From the human T2T-CHM13v2.0 reference genome, Homo sapiens, in the NCBI RefSeq assembly GCF_009914755.1, contig NC_060925.1: a stretch of DNA of 64,000 nt, one strand, 5' to 3'. The notes under the pieces are model-generated. The model saw only the letters and a program-made list of their open reading frames with translations, ran no database searches and was not told where the DNA came from. The position numbers and the translations under genes were made by a program. Positions 27,956 through 42,440 of this stretch are shown in pieces; positions within the stretch are counted from its first letter, which is position 1, and each line of letters begins with the position of its first letter.

Positions 27956-30195
27956 GTACGTGTCTTTTCACACGGGAAAAAGTGGTTCAGAATGCCTGGG
28001 CAGAGCCGGAGCTACAGGGATTCCTGCCGCTCGCGTTCCCAAGAGTGCTCACAAATGCACCTTGCACCCTGCTTTCATTTTTAAACTCTGAATGGCTTTA
28101 GGAGGTGCTATTTTCATGGGGCTGGAATTGCAGAACACTTGGACACTGATCACTTGCTGAACTCCCCGTGGAGCCACCAGGGGGACCACAGTCCCTCTGG
28201 TGCCAAAGATGCTGTGCTGGGTGAGAGGCGCGATGGAGCTGCTGTCCTGGGCTCTCCTGATGTGCCTGACATTTTGACATTTCATGTCTCACTTGTGCAA
28301 CTAGGGCTGCAGGGCCTCAGAGCTGGGGAGGGCAGGCTCCGGCCAAGTGCTGTGGGGAGCACTTCCCATCTTGGCGGTGAACTTTCCTGCTCAATTATGT
28401 AAAAGCTCAGCCTTCTTCAGCCAGGCTGTTGGCTTCAATTTTAAAGACTGGCTGTAATCAAATCATCCACTCTCCTGCATCGGGTTTCCAGAAGTCAGCT
28501 TTTGTTTGTGAAATCATTTGTTGGCCCTCTCTTCATCCTCCTTCTGCCCCCCTCCTGCCTGGGGCCAGCCAAGTTCCCGTCAGCCGGGCAGGCTGCAGGC
28601 CTGGGCTGCTGTGCACCATAGCTGCTTGGCCCGCAGCTGCTTCGTGGGCCCTGGGTGGTTACCTGCAACTGCAGCGGGGCCCAGAGCACCCGGCGGCAGG
28701 GAACCCAACTGGGCCCTGCTCAAGTTCCCACCCAGAGCCTGGGGAGCGCACAGCCCTGGGGGCTGCCGCTGGGACCCTCAAACCGCCTCCAGCCCCCATC
28801 TGCAGCCCTTTTGGCCCTCCGGATGGCACAGCCCCCTCCCACTCCCTCCATACTGGCAGCAGCTTCCCATCAAAGTGAACTGCTTTCCAGACAGATGAGC
28901 CCAGCGGAGGGGTCTGAGGTCAAAAAGCCCAGTGCAGATGCCAAGCCGAGAGGCACCTCCCGTCCCGAGCCCCCCACCTCTTCGCTGCCTGCTTTGGCCT
29001 GGGTTATGCTGCCCTGAAGAATGTGTGGGAGGCAGCTCCGTGCAGCCTCCGTGGATGAGGCCGGGCACACCCCATGTCACAGCAGCCACACTCCGTCCTC
29101 TGTCACTCGCAGTTTCCATGTTCCCCTGTTTAACTGGACACCCAGAGCTGGTGAGCTGGGCAAGTTCCCTGGGTCTCCGGCAGCCTCGGGCCTCTCGGAA
29201 GCCGCTTGCCAGAAGACCGGGGAGTCAGGGAGCAGCTTCCCCTCAGGTCGCCGTTTCTGTGGAATCCCCTGCCCTCTGCTCCTGGGCCGGCCACTGCGGT
29301 CCCTCTGTCCAGCTCAGAGCTGAGCCCCCGGTGGACGCCCATCAGTGCCCTCACAGGGGAGCTGGGCGCTGCGTGCCGGGGATAGGCAGGGAGAAACTGC
29401 TTTGGGGAGTTTGGGGGAGGCTGAGAGGCAGCTTGCAGGGGGCCAAACCCGTATCTTCCCGAGGCCCCTTGCTTCTCCTGCTGACACTAATTTGCACGCT
29501 TCTCAGAGAGCTGCAGGATTTCTGTGTCCCGCGAACAGATGTGAGTCCTACCAAATCACAGCCAGAGCCACAAGCCACAGGCTTAGATAACTCACTGTCT
29601 GCTGCTCCTCTGCCCCAGAGATCGCTGCTAGCTTTTCTCTCTTCCTCCTCCTTTCCTGATCCCCAAATCAGGGACCAAGGAATAAAAGGAAGAGGCCTAG
29701 GGCTGAGTGAATTTTCTGTGTGTCTTGACCATAAATGAGGAGCATTCAGAGCGCATGCTAAACAGCTTGCAAATCAGAGCCCATTATTTCTGAGTGGATG
29801 ACTCAGGCGCTTTTATAATTGGAATGTAGCACAGAGTATGGATCATTCTCCGTCTGTTGTTTTGCTCAGAAACATTTTGCTACAAGCAGAAAGTTCTTCA
29901 AAGTTAATCCAGTGCTGCAGTGCCAGGCAAGGCTGGGACGGCCGCCCATGCCCCCAGCTGGCCTGGGTTTGGTGCAGGACCCAGTGATGCCAAACAGGAC
30001 AGACAGTGGTCCGCCTAGCATCTGACTCTGCCGTTCAGTGCAGGAAATGAGAGGGACACGTGCACCCACACACATGCACACATGTATACACACACATATA
30101 CACAAGCATGCACAGATCTGCTGGAAATCCAGCCCTTGACCCTGAGTACATGTTGATTGTCTCTCAAAACAGAGCGTGACTTGATGAATAATTTA

Positions 30196-30579
<384 letters not shown>

Positions 30580-30890
30580 CTAGGAAATGGGATGCTCGAC
30601 AGCAGCTCCTTCCTTCTGTGTGAGAGCTGGGGCCGCCACTGCTTAGACACGTGTCTGCAGGGGAACATGCCACAGCCATCCTAGTGGGGGGCAATAACAC
30701 AGCTGCTCCCACTCCCTCGGGCCAACCCTGTCTGTGGAATGAGCTACTGAGCCAAGGCGGGTGTTAACAGCCTGGCTCTCTGGCCCCAGTGACATTTTCA
30801 CAGAGGGAACCAAGTGGCCAGTGGCCACAGTGGGTCTGGGTTTGATTTTTCTGTTTGGCTGTGATGAGAGCTCGGTGTCTTGTTTTGCAG

Positions 30891-30935
30891 GGCTGAAGTG
30901 GTACTGGGAAACATCATTAAGAAGAAAGGATGGAG
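30891..30935 (+). CDS. KCNAB2: KCNAB2 exon (K)AEVVLGNIIKKKGW(R)
   Basis: 45 nt, TTGCAG acceptor, GTAAC donor. Confidence 0.97.
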
Positions 30936-32510
30936 GTAACGGCCCTGCTCTCTGCGGCCTGTCCCTGGGGTGGGTGCGGGCGAACTATCCCGGGGTCAGC
31001 CTCGTCGGCCTGTCGTGCAGTGTCGTAAGGCCCGCAAGTCCCCACATCTTTCTTGCTGGGAAGTGGAGAGGAAAATTCAGTTCTCCAAGAGGAGGAGGTG
31101 ACTCTGCTTGAGAAAGAAGTTGAAGGGAGGCCGAATACACTGTCCACCCCCACCCTAGCCTGCCCACTCCGCCTCTGTCCCAACTCATCCACAGAGACCC
31201 AGAGCACCAGGGTCCCTGCTTGCAAAGTGTCAGGCCAAAAAGAGCTTGGCGTGAGAACGGGCCTGGGTACAGCAAAGGCGTGCTGCTACAGAAGATGTGG
31301 GTGCAAAGCACTTCCACTTCTTTGGCTGGAGCACTTAGGGTCAGGGGAGCCAGGGGGCCAGAGAAGGGAGTGGCTCAGAGAGCTTGGGGGCCTGGGGTTG
31401 GATCCCACCCTGCACCTTGTCCACAGGATCTTCGCGGCGTCTCAGCCTCTCCGGAGCTCACTGTTCCCATCTGTAAGAGGGTGTGTGTGGGACCGTTCCG
31501 GCAGGGCCATCCTGAGGGTCAGTGGCCCCAAGTCTGTAAATCACCCACCCAGCTCAGGGCGGGACGTGTCACACTCCTCTGGGAAGTGGTCCCCTCCAGC
31601 ACAGACCGGGGAGCGGTCCCCGGGTGTGATGGAGCCCAAAGGTCGCAGATCGGGGGCCATCCACCCTTCTCTCCCAGGAGCCTATGGGCCCTTCCCAGGC
31701 CAAGGTCCTCACCCACCTTGGGACCAACTGGGCTGAGCACTTGCCTACATTTTGAGGCTCCCCAGACCCCTGGACACAGCTTTATCTGAAGGTGCTGACA
31801 AGCCCCGGGGCCCTGTTCCTTAATAAATGCGTCTTTATTTTCAGAAACATCAGAAGCAGTTATAAAGTTGGGCCTCCCTCCTCCCTCCCCTCGAAATGCC
31901 ACTCAGAATCCCAGTGCCAAGGGGAGCCCCCGCCCCCTCCCCCATGGATTCCTGACACCCCTTCCTCTTGTCCCATCAAATTTGTTTTTTGGCAACTCTG
32001 ATCCCAAAACAAATTCCTCCTCACCCTGTAATTAAACGAAATTGCACGTATTAGCAAATCCCCTGATCACGTCTTTGGCGAATGTGCATGGAGGTGGTGT
32101 GGGGTGATCCCCCTTCCTGGAGGTGACGCTGCCTCTGCCAGAGCTCTGTGGCCGATGCTTCGGGGCAGAGGAGGCCTCCTACTCCAGCCTCGTGAGCTGC
32201 TTCCCTGAGCAGCCCGGGACCCGGGTGGGAAAGAAGCTCAGCCATGGGGCACCAGGAGGTCATTGTCACCCCCTGGGTGGGAAGTACTCCCTCCTCTGGG
32301 AGGGGTCAAGGTCAAACGTGGCTGGGAGGGGCCATCATTATCCCCCATCCCACCAGGACAAAGCCACTGGTATGGGCATTTGTCTCGTGTGGACTTAGAG
32401 CAGAAGAACGAATTACTTCCCTTTGCGCTGCTCAAGCCCAAATCCTCAGAATTCTCTGCCTCAGCTACTCAAACCCAGAACCCCACTGGCCTGGCCACAC
32501 TTGGGCTCCC

Positions 32511-32619
32511 TATGCCTCCCCTCCCTCCTTTGGTGCCCCCCAAGTTACCCCGACCAGGCCGTCCTTATGCCTCCCCTCCCTCCCTTGGTGCCCCTCAAGT
32601 TACCCCGACCAGGCCGTCC
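32511..32619. repeat. 55-bp tandem duplication
   Basis: Two copies of TATGCCTCCCCTCCCTCC.TTGGTGCCCC.CAAGTTACCCCGACCAGGCCGTCC. Confidence 0.85.
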
Positions 32620-33153
32620 CACACAGATTTTCTGCAACACGTGTCACATTCTGTAGGGAACGTTGCAGAGAGCTTCCCTGCCTGCCTCCCACCTACATCT
32701 TTCCATCCTCAACTCCTGCCAGATCCCCCCAGAGCCCGCCCCTGCCCCCTGGCCCACACCCGGCCTCCTCCAGCCTTGGCTCTTGCCACTTCCTCTACCT
32801 GGATCAAATCCATGCACCCCTCATAGTCCCTGAGCCAGGCCCCCCTCCCACATCCTGGGCGGAAGGCATCTCCTCCGGACTCCGGTCACACTAGGCCCCC
32901 CACTGTCCAACTCCCACTGCCTGACTCACAGTTACTGCCTCGGTGGCTGCCTCCTGGCTCCATGAGGAGCCCACGCACCCCGGCTGGGCACGTGGTACAC
33001 ATCATATGATGGAGAAGTGCCCATTTCATGCCCCAGGCTCCTGGGTGGGAGGGCTTTCAGGACCTCTGTGTGAGAGATGAGGACGTCGGGGATGAAGGAG
33101 GACCCCCCAGGGGCCGGGCTTATCACACCCCTTCTTTCTCTTCTGTTCCACAG

Positions 33154-33198
33154 GCGGTCCAGCCTCGTCATCACCACCAAGATCTTCTGGGGCGGAAA
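33154..33198 (+). CDS. KCNAB2: KCNAB2 exon (R)RSSLVITTKIFWGG(K)
   Basis: 45 nt, AG/GT flanks; contains the AKR catalytic Lys. Confidence 0.97.
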
Positions 33199-33724
33199 GT
33201 AGGTGCAACAGCTGGCGATGCTTCCAGCCCCGGCCCAGCAGCCACGGCCCCGTGCTCCCCAGAGACCCCTGACCTAGAAGGCTCCTGGGGTGGCGGGAGG
33301 ACAGTCCTCCTTGAGAAGGGAGAGTGGTCGGGGTCTGTCCTGGACAGGCCCCGGCCCAGTGCCATTTCCTGTCCCCAGCAGGGGCAGAGCTGGTGTTTCT
33401 GCAGCCATCAGCTATGCCTGGTGCCTGTCCCTGTTAAGGGACGTCAAATCCAGAAAAGAAGCTGTGGCCGAGTTTGCCTTTTACAAAAACCTCGCTTAAC
33501 TTTCCTTTTTACTCACATGGATTATTTTTTCCTGGTCACTATGGTAACATCATAAAAATTATAGAGAAAACAGAAAATTTGTGAACTGCCCAAACCCCCA
33601 AAGCACTCCAAATTCCCTGGGCCGCCTGTCACCCCTGCAGGTCTCCAAGTGTCTAGCTCCATAGTTTCTGGGCTGGACACACTTGGGCTCATAGGAATTA
33701 TAACTACGATTCATTCATTCATTC

Positions 33725-34384
<660 letters not shown>

Positions 34385-34690
34385 TAAAAAATAATAATAA
34401 TAATAATAATAATAAGTCCAAATCAAACAGACGGGTTAGGTTGAAAATCAAAGCCCCCCACCCCCTGCTGCTGCCCCCCTCCCCTCTGAGCCCTGTGACC
34501 AGGCCTCTCCCTGGGCCTCTGGGAGTTCAGCCCTGTAGCCTCGGGTCCCTACCCCCAAAGTGGAATCCGACTCCACACGGCATTTGCTGACCCTGTTTTT
34601 GCGTCTAACATTGCATCGTAAACGTTTTTTGGGAGGGGCCAGGGTGCCAAAACCGCTGGTGACATCACACGCGGTCGGCCTGTTTTCCAG

Positions 34691-34734
34691 GGCGGAGACG
34701 GAGCGGGGCCTGTCCAGGAAGCACATAATCGAAG
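34691..34734 (+). CDS. KCNAB2: KCNAB2 exon (K)AETERGLSRKHIIE(G)
   Basis: 44 nt, TTCCAG acceptor, GTGAG donor. Confidence 0.97.
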
Positions 34735-35371
34735 GTGAGGACGCGCTCGGGCACCTCAGGGCCCCCATACCTGTGGGATCATCCTCGGAGGCCAAAGTGA
34801 TGGCAGCACAGGGCCCGACCCCCCCAGTTAACCCACTGAGGGCCCAATCCCGGGGCACCCGGTGCTCTGGCCTGACCTTCTCCTTCCACCCAGGTAGCAC
34901 AGCGGGACCCTGCAGAGAACGAGGGCAGCCCGGTGGCTGAGCACAGACCACAGACCAGCCTGGGTTTCAATCCAGGTTTGGCCCCACACTGGCTGAGTGG
35001 GTCTTCAGCAGGGGCACCCTGCCCCATGCCTCTGCCACAGTATCTGTGCAATAGGGACAGTAAGAGCGCACCCGGCGAGGGTGGCTGGGATGCCCGCAGC
35101 GCCCAGGAGAAGGTGCCACACAGCCCGGGGCTCAGCACTCGCAGGCACCGGAGCAAGGCACCGGGGTGTCTGGCTCTTGCTGTATCTTTATTGTCTTCAT
35201 GCCTTTCCTGTCCGTGTTCATTTTCTTCGAGGTAATAGATCATTCCATTGAAAATCACCTGGCGGGGCAAGCCACCCACTCCCATCCTCCCCACCCCAAC
35301 CCAGCGTTTCACTCTGCCGGCTGTGTGTCCTGAGCTGCTCTAAGCACCAGCGGGTGGCTTGGGCGTTTTAG

Positions 35372-35701
<330 letters not shown>

Positions 35702-36071
35702 TGATGGGACGGGCAGCAGGTGTAGCCCTCCCTCCACATGTGATAGATAAAGTCATCTCCCTGTTGTAATACACAGTGGCCTCAGAGGAGGGTATATTGT
35801 CTGAGGGAGGAGGGGCTTCCCCTTCATTTAGTCAAGGACACGTGGCCTGTGGTCCCCCGATGTCCTCCTGAAGGGAAGATCCCCCCACTCCCTGTGGGAT
35901 GTGCCCCCACCTCTGCCGTGGCATTTCACGACCTCCATCAGCTTCTGGAAGCTTCCAGATGCCAGAGGCCTCTTCTCCATCTCTTGTTCCCTGAGCCGGG
36001 CATGGATGGGCCCAGGTGCCTGTGGAGATGGAGCCACAGCAGTGACGCCCCCCCACCTGGTCCTCCCCCAG

Positions 36072-36158
36072 GTCTGAAAGCTTCCCTGGAGCGACTGCAG
36101 CTGGAGTACGTGGATGTGGTGTTTGCCAACCGCCCGGACCCCAACACCCCGATGGAAG
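36072..36158 (+). CDS. KCNAB2: KCNAB2 exon (G)[28 protein letters not shown]
   Basis: 87 nt, AG/GT flanks, phases match. Confidence 0.97.
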
Positions 36159-36945
36159 GTAGGTGGTCTGCGGCGGCGCCACCGGTTAGGCCTGGGCGGG
36201 GTCTGAAGGGTCTGAACCTGGGGTTGTAGAGGCCGCCAGCATGGGCCCTGCTGGGCACCTGGGTGAGCCGTGAGAGGAGGCCGGGTCCAGGGTGGGGGGC
36301 GAGGGGGCAGGCCTCCCCTCAGTAGGGGGTGAACTCAGCCTCTGGCTGCAGACCCCTCGCCAGGTGCACCTGGCACCTCCAGGCTGAGTCCCTGTCCTGG
36401 CTTTGGACCCAGGCCGATCCGCCCTCCGAGTCAGAGCCGCAGTGGAACTGTCCCCTCCCCTCTGCGGCTGCTATTTTGCAGCTAAGTGAAGTCGCAGTGT
36501 GGGGACTCCAACTGCAGTGTTCTCTCCAATCACCATCCATTGGGAAGCTTGGGGGGACTTTTTTGCTCTGGGGGATAAATTACTACATAGAGGAGAAGAA
36601 GCGTTCAGCGCTTTGAAAATCGGTTTTGGTTACTTTGGCGTTTTTTATTCTTTCTACTCCTGCGATCTCAGCCCCCTCCGCTCCCCCATCCTCCTGCTAC
36701 AGGCGTCTTTCCATGTGTGCTTTGCTGCTGCAGGGACTTGAAAGTTAAATTGTGTTCCAGTTATTGTTTTTTATTTGTTCATATACAGCACGCACGTGCG
36801 TGTGTTGATATATTTTTTTCCTTTTTAACTAAACGCGTGTTCTGCACGGTGATTTGTGCCTCCCCGCTGTGCCTTCGTCGTGCCACGCCTCTCAGTGCTC
36901 CCAGCTATCAACTCTGGTCTCTTTAAATCTTTCTTCTATCACCAG

Positions 36946-36990
36946 GGGACCCATTTAGTTCCTCCAAGTCAAGGACATTCATCATAGAAG
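36946..36990 (+). CDS. KCNAB2: KCNAB2 45-nt cassette exon (G)DPFSSSKSRTFIIE
   Basis: Pyrimidine tract plus CAG acceptor, AAG|GTAC donor, symmetric phase 1-1, no stop. I recall this peptide from longer Kv-beta2 isoforms. Confidence 0.85.
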
Positions 36991-39900
36991 GTACACAGTG
37001 CCCCCAGCCTGACTATTGACTTCTGTGTCCAAGCTGCATTTTATGAGACAGTATTTTTATTTACATGATTCTTTTACCCCATGAGAAACTTCTCCATAAA
37101 ATGCATAAAGAGGGGAAAGAGCACCCTATGAGAACACCTTGCAAGTGAAGGAAAAGCAAAGTGGTGTTGGAGCCCCTCGCCCCCAGCCCCCCATCCCCTC
37201 GTTCCTCCTTCCTCCCGTGCATGGCCCCCACCCCTGGGCTTGCACTGCTGAGCTCCGCGGCGGCCGGGGGTCCTCTTGATCTGAGGATGCTGTGATCCCC
37301 ACCTGGAGCCTTGACCCTGGATGGTGCCATGGGAAGGGTTGGGGAAGACCAGGTTTCCACAAGGAGCAAAGCCATCAGGGACCCCAAAACACGCGGCCCC
37401 CCACCGAGTCTTAGCTCCTCCATGGTTTATGTTTGCTAAGCTCCTGTCTCTCCTGGAGGCAGAGATCACCTGGCTTGTCACGCTGCCCCGTCCACAGCAC
37501 GCTGCTCCTCGGACGGCATGCTGGCTGCGTGTCCCCTCTCACCAGGTTGCCAAAGCGCTCCATCAACGTGGAATCATTTTCCTCCTGAAAGAATAACCAC
37601 AGGAGCCGGCAGCCTTCTGAAACCAGGGGGTGGCCTCTGGCCACGCACAGTCTCTCTGCCCTCCCCACAGCTAACGGCCCCAGGACCCCACCCCAAGGGC
37701 AGGTGTCGATCTCCCTGGGCCTGGGCCCCTGTCTGCCAACTGGTGCTGCCACCTGAACCCCCATGTATTATTTGTGATGCGGCAGGAGATGCTGTGAGTT
37801 TTGGCAGCAGCTAGAAGGATTCAGTCTTCCTACTTCCGTTCAACCCCATTAAATATTGAGGTGAAGGACAGTTGTCCCTAATTGTCCCTGGGTCTGGGGC
37901 CACTGATATCACACTTGGGCACAAGTGCAGGGTGCTCCCTCATGTGGGCTCCCTGTCCAGCCTGCTTCTGCCCAGATCCTCCAGGGAGCCCAGGGGCCTT
38001 TGCCTAGGACTCCCCACCTCAGGACAGCCAGAGGCTCCTGCCCCGTCAGCCCCGTCTCTCCATCACTGCATGGAAGGGGCGCCGCAGGGCAGCATGCGGT
38101 TTCACTGGCTGGGACCTTGGAGACCTGAGACAGCTGCCGGGGAGGGAGAGTGAGGGAACGGGGCTGGCCTTGGGGGCCTTGGCTTCCCTCTGTCTGGCAT
38201 GTGGACCTAAGCCTTGGCTGAGAAGAATCGGGAACTGATGCTGCATGCTCACAGGTGCCCCGAGAGTGTTTCTAAAAAACCACAAGGCCGGGCAGGCCAG
38301 GAGCCCGGACCTGGGCAGGATGTAGTCAGAGATTCTCCTGGGACCCTCTAGGTTCTCCTCAAACTTTCCCAACCAGGCACTTCCTGAGGGTCTATCGGAG
38401 TTGGCAGTTAAAGCAGGTGGCCCAGGGAGGTGGCCCAGAGAGTTCAGACTCCCTCCCAGATCTCCACCCCCAGGAGGGGACAGAGAGGATTCCCAGGAGC
38501 TACAACCTCTGACCTTGGAAGTAAGCAGAGAGCAGGGCTGGGCCTGCAAGCGTGGAAGCCAAGGGTGGTTTGCCAGGGGTCCTGGGTGAGTCTGCCGAGA
38601 CCACCACTCCAGAAACCCCAGTGGCCTCAGCTCTAGCCTTTAGGAGGCCCCAGGTTCTGCTCAGGGTGGACCTCAGTAAAGGGGCACTCAGGGAGCGACC
38701 CCCAAAACAGAAGTGGACGGGAAGCCAGCACTGCCACTTTGTGGCCTCGTTGCCATTCCAGGGGGGAGCCTGCAGAACAAACCCAGCATCTTCCATCCTT
38801 CCTTCCTTCCCATCAGCCCCACTCCCAGCATTTTCAGGACCTCAGCTTCCACGCAGCATGGGCAAAGGACAAGCAGGCACTGAGGGAGAGCCAGGGCTTT
38901 TCCAGGGTCAACGTTGTTGCTGTCTTTAGAAACACTTGCACTCCCACTCACTCCCACACTGCCTTTGGCGGTCGAACTTGCAAGCACTGTATCCGACCCG
39001 TGAGAAGCCTAGCGCCATAGTCCCTCGCCCTGCAAAGCTCAGAGGCTTCTGAAATTTGAAATTTCGACGCCAAGTTCTGTTTTTAAAATCACAATATCCC
39101 CATGAGGCTGAGAGGGAGCTATAACCAGCAGATTGCTGTGTCTCAAAACCATGTTTGAATATTGGGAAGAATCCACTGTGTCGCTGGGGCGAGGGTCCCT
39201 CCTCTCTTCTTTAAAAGGCCAGCGTGAAGTCTCCGCGATTTCATCCTCAGGGCCTTAGGAGTCTCCGCCGTCCACGATTCAGGTTGTTCCCAGGGCTCAT
39301 GGAGCCTCAAAACTGTCCTACTCCAGGCCCTGGCCCCTCACAGGAGGAGCACCCAGACCCCTGTGGCCCTGGGACCACCCCTTGCCAGGGGACAGGCGGG
39401 TTGGGACTCTGGCCTGGTGCTGGGCTGGTTTGAGAACCTGGGCCATGGTCTTACAAGGCTTTCCACGCCCACTTCTCAGTCTCCTGGACATGACAGGAAA
39501 CATGAGCTCAGCCCCGAAGCCCTATTCTCCGGGACCATATGGCGCCCCAGGTCCTGCCACATCTCCTTATCCAGCCCACTCTCTGTTCCAATTAGACTTT
39601 GGAATAGCCCGAAGTAGGAGACCAGAAACGCAAAAACACATGTCCCTCCTGCCGCCAATCTGACTGTAACGTTCATGCATTCACCTGGTCCTTCCTGAGT
39701 GATCGGGGCCCTCGAATCTTCCCCAGACCAGAGAACCTCCAGTTCTAGAGTCCAGAGCCACATTCTTTGATTGTCCCCTCTAATCTACCATAGAAACATC
39801 ACGGTCCATCCATAACCCATTTTTCAACATTTCCATAGGCCTGTAACCAGTCGGGGAAATTGTTTTCACGACCAACTTCTAGGATTGTGGTTCACTTTTC

Positions 39901-40082
39901 TCTTTCATCCCAAAAAACCCCTCCCACACCCAACTTCAGAGCCAGGAAGTACACTGCTTGCAAGACATCTTCGCAGCCCCTGTCCCTCCTCCCAGCGTCC
40001 TGCCTGTATTTGCAGAATGTCCCGAGGCTGGCCCTGAGCCCTGGCTGCCCCCCACCTGCGGTTTCCCTTTCTCTCACGACAG

Positions 40083-40168
40083 AGACCGTCCGCGCCATGA
40101 CCCACGTCATCAACCAGGGGATGGCCATGTACTGGGGCACGTCACGCTGGAGCTCCATGGAGATCATG
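40083..40168 (+). CDS. KCNAB2: KCNAB2 exon (E)[28 protein letters not shown]
   Basis: 86 nt, AG/GT flanks. Confidence 0.97.
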
Positions 40169-41005
40169 GTACGGTGGCCGCGCAGCATGTGTGTGTCCAG
40201 GCACAGACTCCCGGCACCGGCTGCGTATGGAGACCCCAAAGCTCTGGCGGGGTCTGTGCCTTTGGTCCCAACTGCACCGATGCCTGGGTGCTAAGGGAGG
40301 GACAGGATGGTGGAGTGTGGTGGTTATGTCTGTAGGCCTTGCAGACGGGGATTCTGCATGGATCCCAGCGCTGTGTGGCCCTGGACAAATGGCTTAACGT
40401 CTCTGAGCTTGTTTCCCCACCTGTAGAACACATCTGCTAGGTGAGCCCCCATGGGGCCATTCTAAGGAGTCCCTGAGAGAGCCAGTGTGAAGCTCTTAGC
40501 AGATGCCCTGGAGCTCAGCAAGCACTCTGGGGTGACAACACCGTCAGCTGTTTCCACTGGGCTCCTGAGACGTGCCCGGTGCTGTTAGGGTCAAGGGTTC
40601 CACAGGGACCCTCTCACATGCAATCCTCACCGGTGCCTTTACCAGGTGAGTGCCGCAGGCAGCCCATTTTTCAGATGTGGACACTGTGGCACAGAGAGGT
40701 TCAGTAACATGCCAAGGTCACACAGCTTGGGCCAAGATTAACATCCAGGCTGTGTGGTTCAGAGCCTGGGCTGCTCATAACTGGACCCTCCGGCCTGGGG
40801 GTCCCACCACCCACCTCCTTTTCCCAGCTCACCAGGGCCTGCCTGGCTCCCAGGGAAGCTATGAGTGTGAGCAGTGGGGAGCCCGGGCTGCAGCTGCTGG
40901 GCCAGCCTGCTCCGGGGACACCTTGGTGCCCTCTCCATGGCTGCCCCGGCAGCCCCCCGCCTGCTCACAGGCAAGGGCCCTCGGGGTCCCTTTCTGCCTT
41001 CACAG

Positions 41006-41126
41006 GAGGCCTACTCCGTGGCCCGGCAGTTCAACCTGACCCCGCCCATCTGCGAGCAGGCTGAGTACCACATGTTCCAGCGTGAGAAAGTGGAGGTGCA
41101 GCTGCCGGAGCTGTTCCACAAGATAG
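41006..41126 (+). CDS. KCNAB2: KCNAB2 exon [40 protein letters not shown]
   Basis: 121 nt, AG/GT flanks. Confidence 0.97.
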
Positions 41127-41212
41127 GTGGGCACCCTCGGGCCCCTCGCCCCGCCCCACCCCACCCCTGCTCTCGGGCCCAGGGCTTGACTCCACCTGCT
41201 TTTCCTCTTCAG

Positions 41213-41307
41213 GAGTGGGCGCCATGACCTGGTCCCCTCTGGCCTGTGGCATTGTTTCTGGCAAGTACGACAGTGGCATCCCACCCTACTCAAGAGCCTC
41301 CTTGAAG
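41213..41307 (+). CDS. KCNAB2: KCNAB2 exon (G)[31 protein letters not shown]
   Basis: 95 nt after an 86-nt intron; NADPH-binding WSPLA motif. Confidence 0.97.
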
Positions 41308-42319
41308 GTGAAGGAACAGCCTGGTGGGGAGGGACGGGCAGGGGATAGGCATTTTGGACGGGTGGGACCTTTGGGCCGACTGCTTTGGTGCTGGGCAGGG
41401 GTTCCGGGAGCTGCAGCTGTTCCCACCTCGGTCTGCTGGGGGCGGGCTCCTTGGCGTGAGAACATGGAGCCCCTCCTGGCCTGATCCCATGTGTAGAGGG
41501 GCTGCCCAGCCTGTGGCACAGGCCCAAGTGGAGAGGCCCTTTCACATCCCCACCCCCTGCCCCCACCACATCCCCCCATCTCTACCCCCTACCACATCCC
41601 CCACCTCTGCCCCCCACCACAGCCCAGCATTCAGAACTCTGAGACCCCTGGGCCTGGGCTCCGAGATGGGGGCTGCAAAGCCACATGGAGGTGACCCTGG
41701 GAGAGGCGCCCCTCCCCACCACACAACCTCTGAGTGGGGACTCAGGAGGGTCCCCAGACTGCAGGATCTGGAGAACAAGGAGCAGGCCAAGAAAGTCTGC
41801 CCAGCCAGCAGTCTCAGCACTGGGGCCCACAGCCCTGGGTTCCAGGGCAACGTGGCCTGGCCCCCGACTCCTCCCATCCCATGGCAAGGTCAGGGCCCCC
41901 CTCCAGGAGGCCCTGCAATCCTCTGGGGGGGATGGCCAGGGGAGAGAGCACTCCCCTAGGGCCAGGAGGTTCTTCTGGGCCACGGGTGGCAGCCGAGACC
42001 CCAGGCTGCCAAGTTTCCTAAGAGAAGGAAGGCCAGCACCTCGCCTCCTTGTCCTGACTTGGGGTTGGGCCAGCACCACAGTCTTTGCACTTCAGAGCCT
42101 GGACAGGCCCCGCTCATCCACCAGCCCGTGCCCGGCCCACTGCCCACTCTCCCCTACTTGAGAGGCCTGGGGCAGGGGCACTGCCCTGGCTTCAAGATGA
42201 GAAGAGCCCCTATGAGGGAGAAGGGTCCAGAAGGAATGAGCCCATCGGCCCCCTGCACGTGGGGGTCCAGGTGACCTGCTCTCATCTGTAGCTGTGCTGC
42301 TCCCCTCCCCCGCAACCAG

Positions 42320-42440
42320 GGCTACCAGTGGCTGAAGGACAAGATCCTCAGTGAGGAGGGCCGGCGCCAGCAAGCCAAGCTGAAGGAGCTGCAGGCCATC
42401 GCCGAGCGCCTGGGCTGCACCCTGCCCCAGCTGGCCATAG
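42320..42440 (+). CDS. KCNAB2: KCNAB2 exon [40 protein letters not shown]
   Basis: 121 nt, AG/GT flanks. Confidence 0.97.

Noticed and set aside
36715-36750. TGC-rich acceptor (TGTGCTTTGCTGCTGCAG) resembling an SRRM4 microexon site
   Set aside because: The nearest GT (GTTAAA) is a poor donor and gives a 10-nt frameshifting exon.
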